A stretch of 64,000 nt of DNA from positions 32,364,001 to 32,428,000 of the forward strand of contig OX597815.1 in assembly GCA_951406725.2 (NCBI GenBank), in the 5' to 3' direction. Below, piece after piece: positions 41,281 to 53,219 of the stretch. This DNA is from Octopus vulgaris (Eukaryota). How positions within the stretch are numbered: the stretch's first letter is position 1; every line of letters starts with the position of its first letter. The translations under genes and the position numbers were made by a program. The notes below the pieces were generated by a model that saw only the letters and a list, made by a program, of their open reading frames with translations, made no database searches and had not been told where the DNA came from.

Positions 41281-41707
41281 CTTTCACCCGCACGATTTTT
41301 ATTATGAAAAAAAAAATCCCGGACTTTTTGCGTGGAATCAAGTACCCAGACTTCCTAATATACTGCAAACCCCTTATTTTTGTTCGAAAAAAAAACGGGG
41401 GGGGGGGCAGACCCACCCTATTTCCTATTCTCAGACCAGCTGCATTTTGCGACTAAATAAGCACAATTCCAGGGGAGGGGGCTAATGCAGATTGCCACCT
41501 CATCTAGAAAAATGCATTTTTCTGGAAAAAGTTTATTTGGATTCCTGGGTTTTACATGTCGGAATAAACTTTTTCAGAAAAATGCATTTTTGAAGTGGAG
41601 GTGCGAATCTGCATTAGCATATTAGGAGATCAGGGTACTTGATTCCACACAAAAAATACAGAGGGTTTTTTTTTTTTCTTTCTTAATGAAAATCGTGCGG
41701 GTGAAAG
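41281..41707. repeat. Nested inverted-repeat (foldback) element
   Basis: Outer arms 41281-41361 / 41620-41707 and inner arms 41481-41537 / 41563-41618; no clear TSD. Confidence 0.8.
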
Positions 41708-43687
41708 AAGGAACAAAATTTACCGATTTTGCTCTTTAAAAATAGTAAACAAAGCACATGAGTGAGAAAGAGAAGAAATCAAAAGAACAAAGGCATGTAA
41801 TAGTTGAACTTTTAAAAGGGCCACATAACTACGATAGTAGATTGTGGGACTAGACAAGAATGTATTAAGTAACCTGTTGAAAATCTTATAAAATAGTTGT
41901 AGAGTATGGGCGCAAAGCTTGCGCAGTAATCTCCCTTGCATCTATTAATCGATTTCAACCTCTGAGTTACATTGGGACGATGTTAAAAATGAATATTGAT
42001 TTCAGATTTTTTTTGCGCAAGGCTAGCAGTTTCGGAAGGAATTAAATCGATTTCCCTGGCCTCAGTGCTTGACTGGTAGGGATTTTATTGATCCCGAAAA
42101 AATGAAAAGCAAAGTCGACCTCAGTGTAATTTGAATTCGCAATGTGAAGGCGGATGAAATGCCGCTAAGAGTAATACAGTTTTCCTATAGAAGATACTTC
42201 TAGTTTCAAACCAAAACAATTGCCTAGAATTGCTATAAAACTGTCAAATTTGCGACATTTACCCATTATTTTTCAGAGACGCCAGTCAAATGAAAAGCAA
42301 TAATTAAAAACAAATTTAGCATTTAATGAAAGAAGCTAACTGGAAATAAATATGCAGTGATGTAAAACAATATTATTGACAGATTGATATTTCAGTACTT
42401 TCGAGCGCAAGCTTAGCTGCATGGTAAGTAATTTGCTATACAACAGATTGGATCTGGTATCGATCCTATGACGTGCAAACGTGAGAGCGTGTCCTGCACC
42501 GTAGCTTCCGCAATTAAATTTGCTAGGCAGAAGCAGTGCATTGGACCATTATAACGTATGTGTGTGTGCATGCTGTGTGTTTATGAATTCAGGTATGAAT
42601 CGGGACATCAAACGAAGGTTACTAATAGTTCTGTAAAATTTAGTCGACGAAGACTATCAGAAAGTTCATCACATATATACATATACATACTCATATGTAT
42701 GTGTGTATGTGCAAGGAATAGTAATAGTAAAAACCAGGTGATACTTTTTTGAGGACTTTGTAGTAACACAACTTAGCCTATAAGATCGATAATTGGTAAT
42801 CATTGTATAACCATTGAGCTATACGATTAGACTTGTGCCTATTCGATTAGAAACTCCAAAGTTCACTTCTGAAGATGTCAAAGTATAGTATAAAACGCAA
42901 AGAAGGATGGAGAATTATATATATTTTAATACATAATTTATAATCCATAATTTGCTTACGCACATTTCAGATCAGCAAGTGTGTCGTAATATGTTGATGT
43001 GTTAATTCTGCGCATCAATCGATTCATATTTAATCGACTGTAGTATTATATAGATCAAGAAAATCAACGCAAGCACATAGGACCGAATTTAAACAATGGG
43101 TAAGGATGAGCAAGGTACTTCAACTTCGGTGGGCCCCTCATACACAAGAATTAAAATCTTGGAAATTTACCAAATTTAAATCTCAAAACTTATGTCATGT
43201 AATTGAATTTGAATAGTTAGCAGAGAAAGTTTAAATAAAAGACTAAAAATGTCGTTTTATAAAGACATACTTTTCAAAATTCAAATTTCCTTTTTTTACA
43301 CATCCATTTGTTTGGATTTTCTCTTCGTTGTTAAAAAAATACAATGGAGGGAAGAGGATTTTTTTAATTTTTTAATTTTTAAAATTTTTAATGCAATTTA
43401 CAAATTTCAGAATGTGGTATAGGATTAAAAAGACAGAAAATTACGAAAAAGAAAATCATTTTAGTGGTTGTTGCTGTTCCAAAGGCATGATGTGTGTGGG
43501 TAGGTGGGTGGGTGGGTAAGAGATACCAACATTTAAAAGACAAGGATTTAAAAAATTACTTTTAAAAGGCTTCCCTTCATTGTTTTGCAATGCTTAAAAA
43601 AAGGGGAGAAATATCCTGACAAAAAGGGAAATTCAAACTTATATGGGATAGCTATTCCAAAAGTCTGCTTTCCCAGTTTCCAGTGGT

Positions 43688-44587
43688 GGGGGGAATAGAT
43701 GGGGCATAATGAGTAATATTTACTGCAATTTTGATTCTGAAAACAAAATTTACAAATGTTCACTACCTTACAAAATTTATATCAGCTAAGCAAAGACCTC
43801 TAAATGTAATAAAAACACTATAACATTCAGATCATTGTTTCAGAAAATGATCATCATTCTCTTTGAGCATATAAAATTTGATGGGGCAAAATGAGTAAGA
43901 CAAGATAATGTAAATTTTCTTCTTCAATTCTCCACAATTACATTTGAAAAAAAGACTGATACACATAAATATTCATCCTCAGACATCAGAAATGCAGCAA
44001 AAAATTTTAATATTTTGGTCAAATGAAACAGGATCATAGGAAAATAGCACGATATGTAATTAACAAATCTGAATTAAATCTAAAAATTCAACATAAAATA
44101 TTCTCTATAGCTTCTTCACGATCTGTTAGAGTGGCAGTATTCCATGTACATTTATGCACCGTGCAGTTAATAAGAAGAAATTGTTAGAATTAGTCATTAC
44201 TCATTTTGCCCCGGTTTAGACTTTTTTTTTTTTTTTTAACTTAAAAATTATCAATTCAGATATTAGTGTGGTGGGAAAAAATTGACGTGGAATCCTACAG
44301 AGGCAAGAATTTCGATAGTTAAGCACCAAAAATTATCCAGATATTTTGTTAGCTGCCTCAATTATAATGAGGTCAAAGTTGACGAAAAAATTTCTTGGAA
44401 AAAAAAAAGCCCCTGTTACTTAAGTTTCAAACTCTCTCAACATCAACAACGACTATACTGACCAGTTTCTACTCCCAAACATGACACAATGGTATAAAAT
44501 GAAAATGCAACATTTACAATGTATTTCAAACAAACAGGGAAAGAATAACAAAAAAATTGGAAATTGCTCATTTTGCCCCACTTCCCT
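43688..44587. mobile_element. Non-autonomous DNA transposon with two binding-site repeats per end
   Basis: GGGGCA(A/T)AATGAG(T/C)AA at 43701 and 43883 (+) and at 44197 and 44564 (-); the right end cttcccc is followed by TA. Confidence 0.65.
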
Positions 44588-45464
44588 ATAGTAATTTCAT
44601 GTGCTTGACAGAATGACGTAAAGTACAGAAAGAAACGGTTCGATTTGGCGAAAAACATTTGAACGTATATGCAATAACTCTAAACCTAAAAGAAAAATGC
44701 TTTTAGCTGTTGAGAGACGTAATTTTATAATTAAAACTAAATTCAAAATTTTAATTTTGGAACATATTCCTTACTTAATTGTTTCATAAAATAAGACCAG
44801 TTTTAATACCTCACTGAAATAATTAAGTTTAGAAGTAGCCATGTGTGTGTGTGTATCTTTAACTGCAAGTGGTCGAGCCAAGGTCATTGCTCAGTCATGC
44901 ATTGAAAAGAATTTGACTTAAAGACAACTTCTTTCTATAAATCTCTATATACATTCATTCTCACACACACACACACACGAATGCGCGCACACATACACAC
45001 ACTCACACACTCACAGATACATACGTACATTTTCTGAAAACTGATGAGGGGCTAATTTAGAAAATTGAATGCACTCCAATCCCCACTTTTAGCCACTCCT
45101 CCCTTGCACACATATCAACCTCATTTCACCTGCATCCCAGCACCAACCCCATTCTGCAGGTATTTAGTCTTTACACCGTGAAGGACTGATCCTTCTCTAA
45201 GGGGCATAATTCTTGAAGAAATTACCCTTTACATTCCTCCCGTGGATTTCTTTTTCATGTTTCAATTTTTCACAGCACTCACAACACCTCTTCTCTGTAA
45301 ATTTCCTAATTATCGTTAAGGTACGAAATTGCATTTGACCCTCTGGCCAATAACTGATGAGGATTTGGTGACCTTCTGTATTTGTCTCCCATTTGTTTGT
45401 GCATTTAATGTATGTTTTTAACTGATATATATATATATATATGTATATGTGTGTGTGTGTGTGT

Positions 45465-45773
45465 GTGGAGGCGCAATGGCCCAATGGTTAGGGCAGTGGA
45501 CTCGTGGTCGTAGGATCGCAGTTTCAATTGCCAGACCAGACGTTGTGAGTGTTTATTGAGCAGAAACACCTAAAGCTCTACGAGGCTCCAGTAGGGGGTG
45601 GTGGCAATCCCTGCTGTACTCTTTTGCCACAACTTTCTCTCCCTCTTTCTTCTGTTGGCCTGCTCGCTTAGCCAGCGGGGTGGCGTCATTTGAAGGCTAA
45701 AACAATGCGAAGCACATTGTGACCAGCGATGTGTAGCGACATCTGATAGCCTGGTCAGTCATGTGTCACGTGA
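45465..45773 (+). mobile_element. SINE with the family C head and a different 3' tail
   Basis: Similar to the 22826-23195 copy up to ccacaactttctctc, then an unrelated tail. Confidence 0.85.
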
Positions 45774-45777
45774 TATA

Positions 45778-45827
<50 letters not shown>

Positions 45828-46009
45828 AAATGAGAAAATGGAGAAATATATCTAAATCAATCATCAAATATCAGATAATACCGAATCATATACTTTATTA
45901 AAACACTACACAATAGCAATGAAATTAGACATTAATACAGTACAATAATTACAATCAATATGGTGAGATATAACTAAATAAATATAACAAGATATAAAAA
46001 TACATTTAC

Positions 46010-46064
<55 letters not shown>

Positions 46065-46083
46065 TATACATATATATACATAT

Positions 46084-46926
46084 TGTTACGAATCACCTGC
46101 CGTCGCTCAAACTCTTTGGAAAACCCGGGACCCTACCAAGTCGAGCGATGACGATTTACCGGCCCGATCGACTGGTGAACTCGCCACGAACTCGGAGAGA
46201 GAGACGGCGGAAGGCAGTAGCTTACATTTAAGAACAGTTTATAACAATTATTACATCAAATACATCAAAGAAAATACAAGCAACAGAATCAACAGCATGC
46301 ATATACAATACACAGTCCGGAGACAAATCAGTTCTACATTAACGAAACAGTTCAATACATTAGAGTCTTTCTCCTTCTTTCTTTCTTTTTTTTCACCATG
46401 TCTTTACACAGTTCTTTCTTTTTTCCTCTTTCCTTCTTTCTCTTTTTTTTAACACATCAATTCTTTTTTTTACATTTCACATCAATTCTTTTTCCTTCTT
46501 TAACACATATCAAAACATAAATAAACACATACCGTTACACAACAGCCAGGGCCCTCATACCGTAGTCCCTCTCTCTTAGCTCCCTAATCCTATCTGTCTG
46601 TCTTCCTCTTTCACATTCACTGTCATTCTCTCGCTTGTCATCCCTCACATTGTCTGTCTGTCTTTCTCAACTGACCGCCTTCGTATCACTCCCGCCTCTG
46701 GCCAGAACTGCCGGCCGACTGTCCTAAACTCACAGCTCGTTCGCTTTTTAAAGGGTAGCTTCCTCGAACTTTCTTTGACCGGCACAAGGCCAAAGGTCTC
46801 CTCAAAACTCATTAATCCTTCCAGAATCTGATGGAACAAAGGACAATAACTTTGTATTCCAGACTTTCAGACTACAACGAGCAAAGTGGGTCATAGCATT
46901 TGTTTCCCGAATTGACCCCCATAACA
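46084..46926 (-). mobile_element. Probable solo LTR (843 bp)
   Basis: TGTTA...TAACA ends, ATAT on both flanks (46080-46083, 46927-46930), CpG-rich, no ORF; TATA-like ttttaaaa then cagt on the minus strand. Confidence 0.72.
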
Positions 46927-46959
46927 ATATATATATACATATATATATATATGCATTTA

Positions 46960-47230
46960 CAGTAATACCTCACTTTACATGGACTCGCTTTACGAGACCC
47001 CCACTTTACGAGTTTTATTTTATAATAAATATAAAAAGCTTTAACAGCCATTTTGTGTGTGGCAATGTCACATTTAGCAACACTGGTTCTGATGCATCTA
47101 GACAACAATGGAGTAAAATTACAGCATAAAATTTCATTACCACTACGGGAAATTATTGCACTGGTTTACGAGTTTTCACTTTACAAGAGGTCTCTGTGAA
47201 CAAATTAACTCATATAATGAGGCATTACTG
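46960..47230. mobile_element. Tigger/pogo-like MITE
   Basis: TA|CAGTAATACCTC...GAGGCATTACTG|TA with internal ctttacgag repeats. Confidence 0.82.
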
Positions 47231-47574
47231 TATATACATATACATATATATATATAGCCTGGGCAAAGTTCAGAGGACTCTTACCTCTGCAGGTGACAAA
47301 GGGCCTCTCGCTCAGAGTAAAAAGTAAACTGTATGATGCATGTGTATGAGCAGCCATGCTACATGTCAGATTCCTTTGAGTGTACACATAGAGAGATGTG
47401 CAGGTAATATCCAACCAAACTTCAGTTTTCCCCATCTACCAGTGCAAAGAAACAATTTCTGTACAAGAATGTTTAAATAAAGTAAATTTATTTACTGAAA
47501 AATACAGAACACACCTAAATATGAATACATAACCAACTTTGGTCTCAGTATATATTTTAATTCATGATCACATA

Positions 47575-48265
47575 CCCATCACTGTCAAAGGCTTCATGCC
47601 AATGAAAGCCAGGTACAGAGGTTTATCTTTGGCTTGGTATTTCTTCTGCAGCTGTCTTACCAGAAATATAGCATCAGTGGTGCTTTTCCCTGGCATGAAC
47701 CCAAACTGCATATCATCTAGACCGACTCTCACCCTAATTAGTTGGGCTATGACCCTCTCTGTGACCTTCATTACCTGATCCAACAACTTGATACCTCTAT
47801 AATTATTTGTATCTAAAGTCTCGCCTGGCCCTCGTGCCGGTGGCACATAAAAAGCACCATCCGTTCGTGGCCGTTCGCCAGCTCTGTCTGGCACCTGTGC
47901 GGGTGGCACGTAAAAAGCACCCACTACACTCACAGAGTGGTTGGCGTTAGGAAGGGCATCCAGCCATAGAAACACTGCCAGATTTGACTGGGCCTGATGA
48001 AGCCTTCTGGCTTCACAGACCCCAGTAGAACCGTCCAACCCATGCTAGCATGGAAAACAGACGCTAAACGATGATGATGATGAAAGTGTCACCTTTACCT
48101 TTGTAGCAGTTGACTATGGTGCTGCTACACCAGTCATTGGATATGACTCCTTCATGTATTACCTGGTTAACTATATGGCTGATTTGGCTATAACAGACAC
48201 TGCCAGATATTTTGAGCATCTCTGCGGTGATTCCTGATGGGCCGGGGACTTTCCTTGTCTTCATG
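47575..48265 (-). mobile_element. RTE RT fragment interrupted by an opposite-strand RTE 3' end (47820-48082)
   Basis: QFGFMPGKSTTDAIFLVRQLQ and GPSGITAEMLK; the nested tail is flanked by AAAGT at 47815-47819 and 48083-48087. Confidence 0.88.
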
Positions 48266-48399
48266 AGAGAGGGAAGTTATATCCAGAATGAGGTTGTAAA
48301 TTATATCATAATTATATTAAGCACATATAACAGTATAACACTAATAGTAACACAGGTTCAATATGGGTTAAAGGATTACAGAACTAACTGAATCAATCT

Positions 48400-48850
48400 C
48401 TGTCAGAGATGGACAGTTTGGTATCTGTAGACATTACATAACAGGTTTGAAGTGAGTGAATGTCTTTTTATCATAATGCAAAATTCACATCACTTATTCA
48501 GCAGGTTACCTGGATATTTTAATATTTCATGTACAGCATACAGCTATTCCTGCTATTTAATTATGGCAATGCTTCCTAACTATACTTCAGGCAATTTCAA
48601 ACTGAGTATTATTATCTATTAATTACCACACTTTTTCTGCTAGGGCTGTCACACAAGCTTTATAGTGATATCAAAATAATGAAAGATGATTATGCAATCT
48701 GAATTTGAAGTTGTAACATGTTGCACCAATATAAGTTAAGGTTTTAGCATGAGTAATGATATCACACTTGTAAACTGTATGACTACCCAAACAGGTATTA
48801 TTAAGCAGACAGGCATCTATGTTATGACACCTGCACAAGGTAATTATTAT
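48400..48850 (-). mobile_element. Penelope-like GIY-YIG endonuclease fragment
   Basis: CRC...CLLNNTCL...VYKC...TYIGAT..FKFRLHNH, the Cys-rich linker plus VY/YIG pattern of Neptune-type PLEs. Confidence 0.78.
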
Positions 48851-48999
48851 CACAATGATTATATAAGCTAGTTATTATATAAGCTAGTTATTATATAAGC
48901 TAAGTATTAAAACTGATAAGATGACTCAAATAACATTACTACAATGGCTATTGTTATTACAATTGCTAACATTAGTAGGGTTGTCGCATTTTAATTAAA

Positions 49000-49350
49000 A
49001 ATAATAATAATAATGAAATTATTGTATACAGTGCTCAGGTGCACCACAACTTGTCAGAAAGTGCATATAAAGTACATGCAGTGATGTACAAATGTCTGGA
49101 AAGCGAACAATGTATTGTGTGTGTGTGTATGGAGGGGAGAAAATCAGGTGTAGTGTTGGCGAATCTCAGAAAGCATGGAAGTTTTGAAGGATGCAGTGCT
49201 CTGACAACTAACAACTGATGCCGGCAGTTGGTTCCATGCTTCAGCAACTCTCAGCGTGAAAAAATGTTTCCTGAAGTCATGGGAGCTGTGCTGTATTTTG
49301 ACTTTGTAAATATGTCCACGGGTGTTAGATGGGTGGAGTTTGAAAATTGG
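49000..49350 (-). mobile_element. CR1/L2-group LINE 3' end
   Basis: TRGHIYK...RKHFFTLRVAEAWNQLPASVV...FK C-terminus, short 3' UTR and (ATT)n tail. Confidence 0.85.
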
Positions 49351-49781
49351 TTGCATTAGCCCTGTAGTGATGCTACTGTGTAGGGTTCGGCGTGCATGCG
49401 CAGAATGGGACTACTTCCGGATGGCCACCAGAAGTCTTCCCCATGCGCATGTGCGGGAAAACGTTCCCTCGAGCCCGCGAAGCTCAAATCTCCCTCTTCG
49501 GCTAAGACAGCATTGCGATCGGTCACGAATTCCGGGCTCTGACAGCCACACGACCAGCAACCAACTTCAACCAACTTCAACGACTAACACGAAGCAGTAT
49601 ATCAGAGGCTGTCTTTCTCCCACCAGACAACATACTACATCGAAATCAATAAACCAAACTACTGTCTGTTCACCCTTTTAACCTGAGTTCGTCTGTATTG
49701 TTTTCTAGAATTTTATATGTGACTAGATCGGATATCGACACCCTTCCAGTGCTTCGATAATAGATCCTTTCTCGTTACAAT

Positions 49782-49791
49782 TGGTGACCCC
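49782..49791 (+). promoter_or_regulatory. Primer binding site, tRNA-Trp type
   Basis: TGGTGACCCC 2 nt after the 5' LTR, matching the first 10 nt of the tRNA-Trp PBS (TGGTGACCCCGACG). Confidence 0.8.
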
Positions 49792-50161
49792 AAGTTGAAA
49801 AAAAAAAGAACAGGATAGAAGACACAGCGAACAGGTTTTGCCGGAGAGCGCTGAACATTCATTTTTTTCTCATATTTTTCTCTTTTTCAGCACGGCGAGG
49901 TGGGTCAAATAACCTTATTCATCGCACTCAGTACAAAAAAAACAAAACAAAAAAAACAAACAGAAAAAAAAAGAAAACACACACATTCATTTTTCCTTTT
50001 CTGTATTTTGTTTTCCTTGTACACACACTTATTTTTTTTGCTACCCACGAGGTGCACACACAAACACAATTTTGAATTGCTTTGTCGGTTCCACGTGTTC
50101 TCTCTCCATTTCTCGACCATACTCTCTGCCCCCCTTCTCACAGATTCCTTCCGACAAAGGC

Positions 50162-50824
50162 ATGGCTTCAGGTTTGCCTTCATTCACGGGGGATATGGGT
50201 CTGTGGTTTGCCCAAGTGGAGTGGTATTTTGATGCACATGCCATTTCTCCACAGCAGCAGTTGCACCTGCTATATTCCGGCTTACATCCCCGACTCACCG
50301 CATCGATCAGGGATCTAATAATAAGTCCCCACCCGGATGCCACATACGCGTCTGTGAAAGCAGAAATCCTCCGCTGCAACACACGTTCGGGGGAGAGCAA
50401 TATTCAGGAGCTGATGGCCGACGAGCAGTTAGGGGACAGAACTCCATCCCAGTTTCTGTGCCATCTAAGGGAGCTAAGCAGCAACGCAGCGGACGCGCCG
50501 CTCTTACGGAGGATATTTTTCTCCAGGTTGCCTGCCCACGTGCAGACAATGCTGGCCACGGTACTGGAGTCTGTGTCAGTTGATCAGATTGCCACGATGG
50601 CCGATAGAATACTGGAATTTCCGAATCCATCTCCATCGCGAGGCCTCTGTGCATGTATAGGGGGCCCTGCGCAAATTTCACTAACCGAGCGGATCGATGC
50701 GCTCACGCGGCGAATCGACGATCTATCCCGTGCGATCGAGCGCCGACAACGCAGTCGTAGTCGCTCTGCCAAAAGGGCAGATCGGTGTACCCAGCCGTGC
50801 ACTTTCAAGCCCTCGGAAAACTAA
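50162..50824 (+). CDS. gag: Gypsy Gag-like protein
   Basis: LWFAQVE...LGDRTPSQFL...IFFSRLPAHVQTML; only a remnant of the C-terminal Cys motif (CTQPC). Confidence 0.85.
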   Translation: MASGLPSFTGDMGLWFAQVEWYFDAHAISPQQQLHLLYSGLHPRLTASIRDLIISPHPDATYASVKAEILRCNTRSGESNIQELMADEQLGDRTPSQFLCHLRELSSNAADAPLLRRIFFSRLPAHVQTMLATVLESVSVDQIATMADRILEFPNPSPSRGLCACIGGPAQISLTERIDALTRRIDDLSRAIERRQRSRSRSAKRADRCTQPCTFKPSEN

Positions 50825-50898
50825 ATCCGGAGGAGGTGAGCACGTCACCTTCTTCCATCACCATTCCCAAAAATCGTGCAATTTTTTAAAAAGATCTG

Positions 50899-52704
50899 GT
50901 GTCGAAGAAATTCTTCATGGTGGACACCGGCTCCTGTTGCAGCATCTGGCCCCTTCGTCTGGCTGCAGACAAGCCCAAGCGCTCTTCGATTGTCTTGCAT
51001 GCTATTGACTCGTCTCCCATAACCACTTACGGTCAGATTTCGCTGCGCCTCGACCTCAACCTTCGTCGAGACTTTCAATGGGTTTTCGTCATCGCTGTCA
51101 TCCTGCATCCTATTCTCGGCGCTGATTTCCTGGATAGGTTTAATCTATTGGTGGATGTCAGGTGTCGGAGGCTTCTTGATAGCACGACGTCGCTCTCTAC
51201 ACCGACTGGGAGTTCCACCACTGCGGTCCTTAGCCCGACATTCTTTGTTGCCACCTCTGGAGACCCTTTTCACTCTCTTTTGGTTTCATTTCTGGAGCTA
51301 GTGGACATTGCCTTTAAACCGGAAAAGCCTACCCACTCGACCCTCCATTTCATCACCACCAATGGGCCACCTGTATTCTCACGCCCCCGGCGCCTAGCGC
51401 CAGACCGACTAAAAACGGCCAGGGCCGAGTTTGAGCACATGCTTCAACTTGGCCTTATACGCCCCTCCACCAGCCCATGGGCATCTCCCCTTCATTTGGC
51501 CCGAAAGGGCGAGTCTGATTTTCGCCCGGTTGGAGACTATCGACGCCTCAATGCCGTCACAATAGCCGACCGCTATCCGATTAGAAATCTCCGGGACTTT
51601 ACGGCAAATCTCCATGGTTGTACCATATTTTCGAAGGTCGACCTTATACGCTCGTACCACCAAATACCGGTCAACCCAGCCGACGTTCCAAAAACGGCGA
51701 TCACTACCCCGTTTGGGTGTTTTGAGTTTTTGTACATGAGTTTCGGTTTGCGAAATGCTACCAGCACTTTCCAGCGGTCTTGATTTTGTGTTTGCTTATG
51801 TCGATGATATACTCATTGCGAGCGACACACGAGAAAATCATCTCCGGCACCTTTCTCAACTCTTCCAGCGTCTTCGCGCGTATAGTATACGCATAAATCC
51901 CGACAAGTGTGTTTTCGGACGCTCTTCCCTAGATTTTCTAGGGCATCATATTGATTCGACTGGAATCAGCCCCCTCTCGTCAAAAGTCGATGCCATTCAA
52001 CGCATCGCACCCCCCACTTCCTTGCGCCAGCTCAGGCATTATCTAGGGATGATCAATTTCTACCGACGTTTCATTCCCGGTTGTGCAGATAAGCTGCTAC
52101 CTCTCACCAGGCTGTTAAAGGACTCTCCTAGAAAGGACAGTCAAGTCACCCTCTCTGTTGAGGCAGTGACAGCCTTTGAGTCCATTAAGAAGGAGCTGGC
52201 TTCTGTTTCTTTGCTTGCACATCCAGTTCCTGGTGCTTCTCTCTCTTTGACTGTGGACGCATCGGACACTGCGATTGGCGCTGTGTTACAACACACAGTG
52301 GATGATCATGTTCGACCTCTAGCCTTCTTTTCCCGTCAACTGCAACCAGCTGAACGACGATACAGCACCTTTGATCGTGAGCTCCTAGCGATCTATCTAT
52401 CGGTTCGTCATTTCCAGCATCAACTTGAAGGGCGAGATTTTGTGATCTATACAGGATCACAAGCCCCTTACGTTTGCCCTGTTTTCAAAAACGGACAAAC
52501 TCTCACTCCGTGCTTTTCGGCACCTGGATTTTATCTCTCAATTCACTAGCAACATTCAACACATACCTGGAAAAGAGAACGTTCCTGCTGACGCTCTCTC
52601 TCGCCTTCCAGTTTGCGCCCTTTCGTCTCCTGCTGCTATCGACTTAGCTGCCATATCGCAGGAGCAGCCACCTTTGGCGTCGTTAGATTTAACTTCTCCC
52701 AAGT
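50899..52704 (+). pseudogene. pol: Gypsy pol (protease, RT, RNase H), frameshifted, no integrase
   Basis: VDTGS, SPWASPL, DYRRLN, FGLRNA, frameshift at about 51780, YVDD, DASD, ELLAIY, second frameshift in TDHKPL. Confidence 0.92.
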
Positions 52705-53006
52705 TCGAGCCCGCGAAGCTCAAATCTCCCTCTTCGGCTAAGACAGCATTACGATCGGTCATGAATTCCGGGCTCTGACAGCCACACGACCAGCAACCAA
52801 CTTCAACGACTAACACGAAGCAGTATATCAGAGGCTGTCTTTCTCCCACCAGACAACGTACTACATCGAAATCAATAAACCAAACTACTGTCTGTTCACC
52901 CTTTTAACCCGAGTTCGTCTGTATTGTTTTCTAGAATTTTATATGTGACTAGATCGGATATCGACACCCTTCCAGTGCTTCGATAATAGATCCTTTCTCG
53001 TTACAG

Positions 53007-53219
53007 CCCTTTAGTGTTCAGATTACTTTGTTAAATGTAATATTTTTTTATTCAAATTGTTTTTAATTAATCATGCATTATCTTATAGGTTTCAATGACG
53101 TGATTGTTCATTTTTAGAATGTCAATGTAGGTTAGATGTGAGAGCCCTGATCTGGTCAGTTTAAACATAAAATAGGTAGAAAACTTCAGCCGGATATGGC
53201 CAGTTTAAGCACTAAAGGG
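53007..53219. mobile_element. piggyBac-like TTAA MITE. Family copies at 2408-2626 and 15778-15991; a different TTAA MITE at 27820-28041
   Basis: CCCTTTAGTG...CACTAAAGGG|TTAA ends and a shared internal sequence of about 215 bp. Confidence 0.75.

Larger units (their letters stand above)
49363..53005 (+). mobile_element. Gypsy/Ty3 LTR retrotransposon, defective (integrase deleted)
   Basis: TG...CA ends, 4-bp TSD GCCC (49359-49362, 53006-53009), 5' LTR 49363-49779, truncated 3' LTR 52705-53005, PBS, gag-PR-RT-RNaseH order. Confidence 0.95.
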
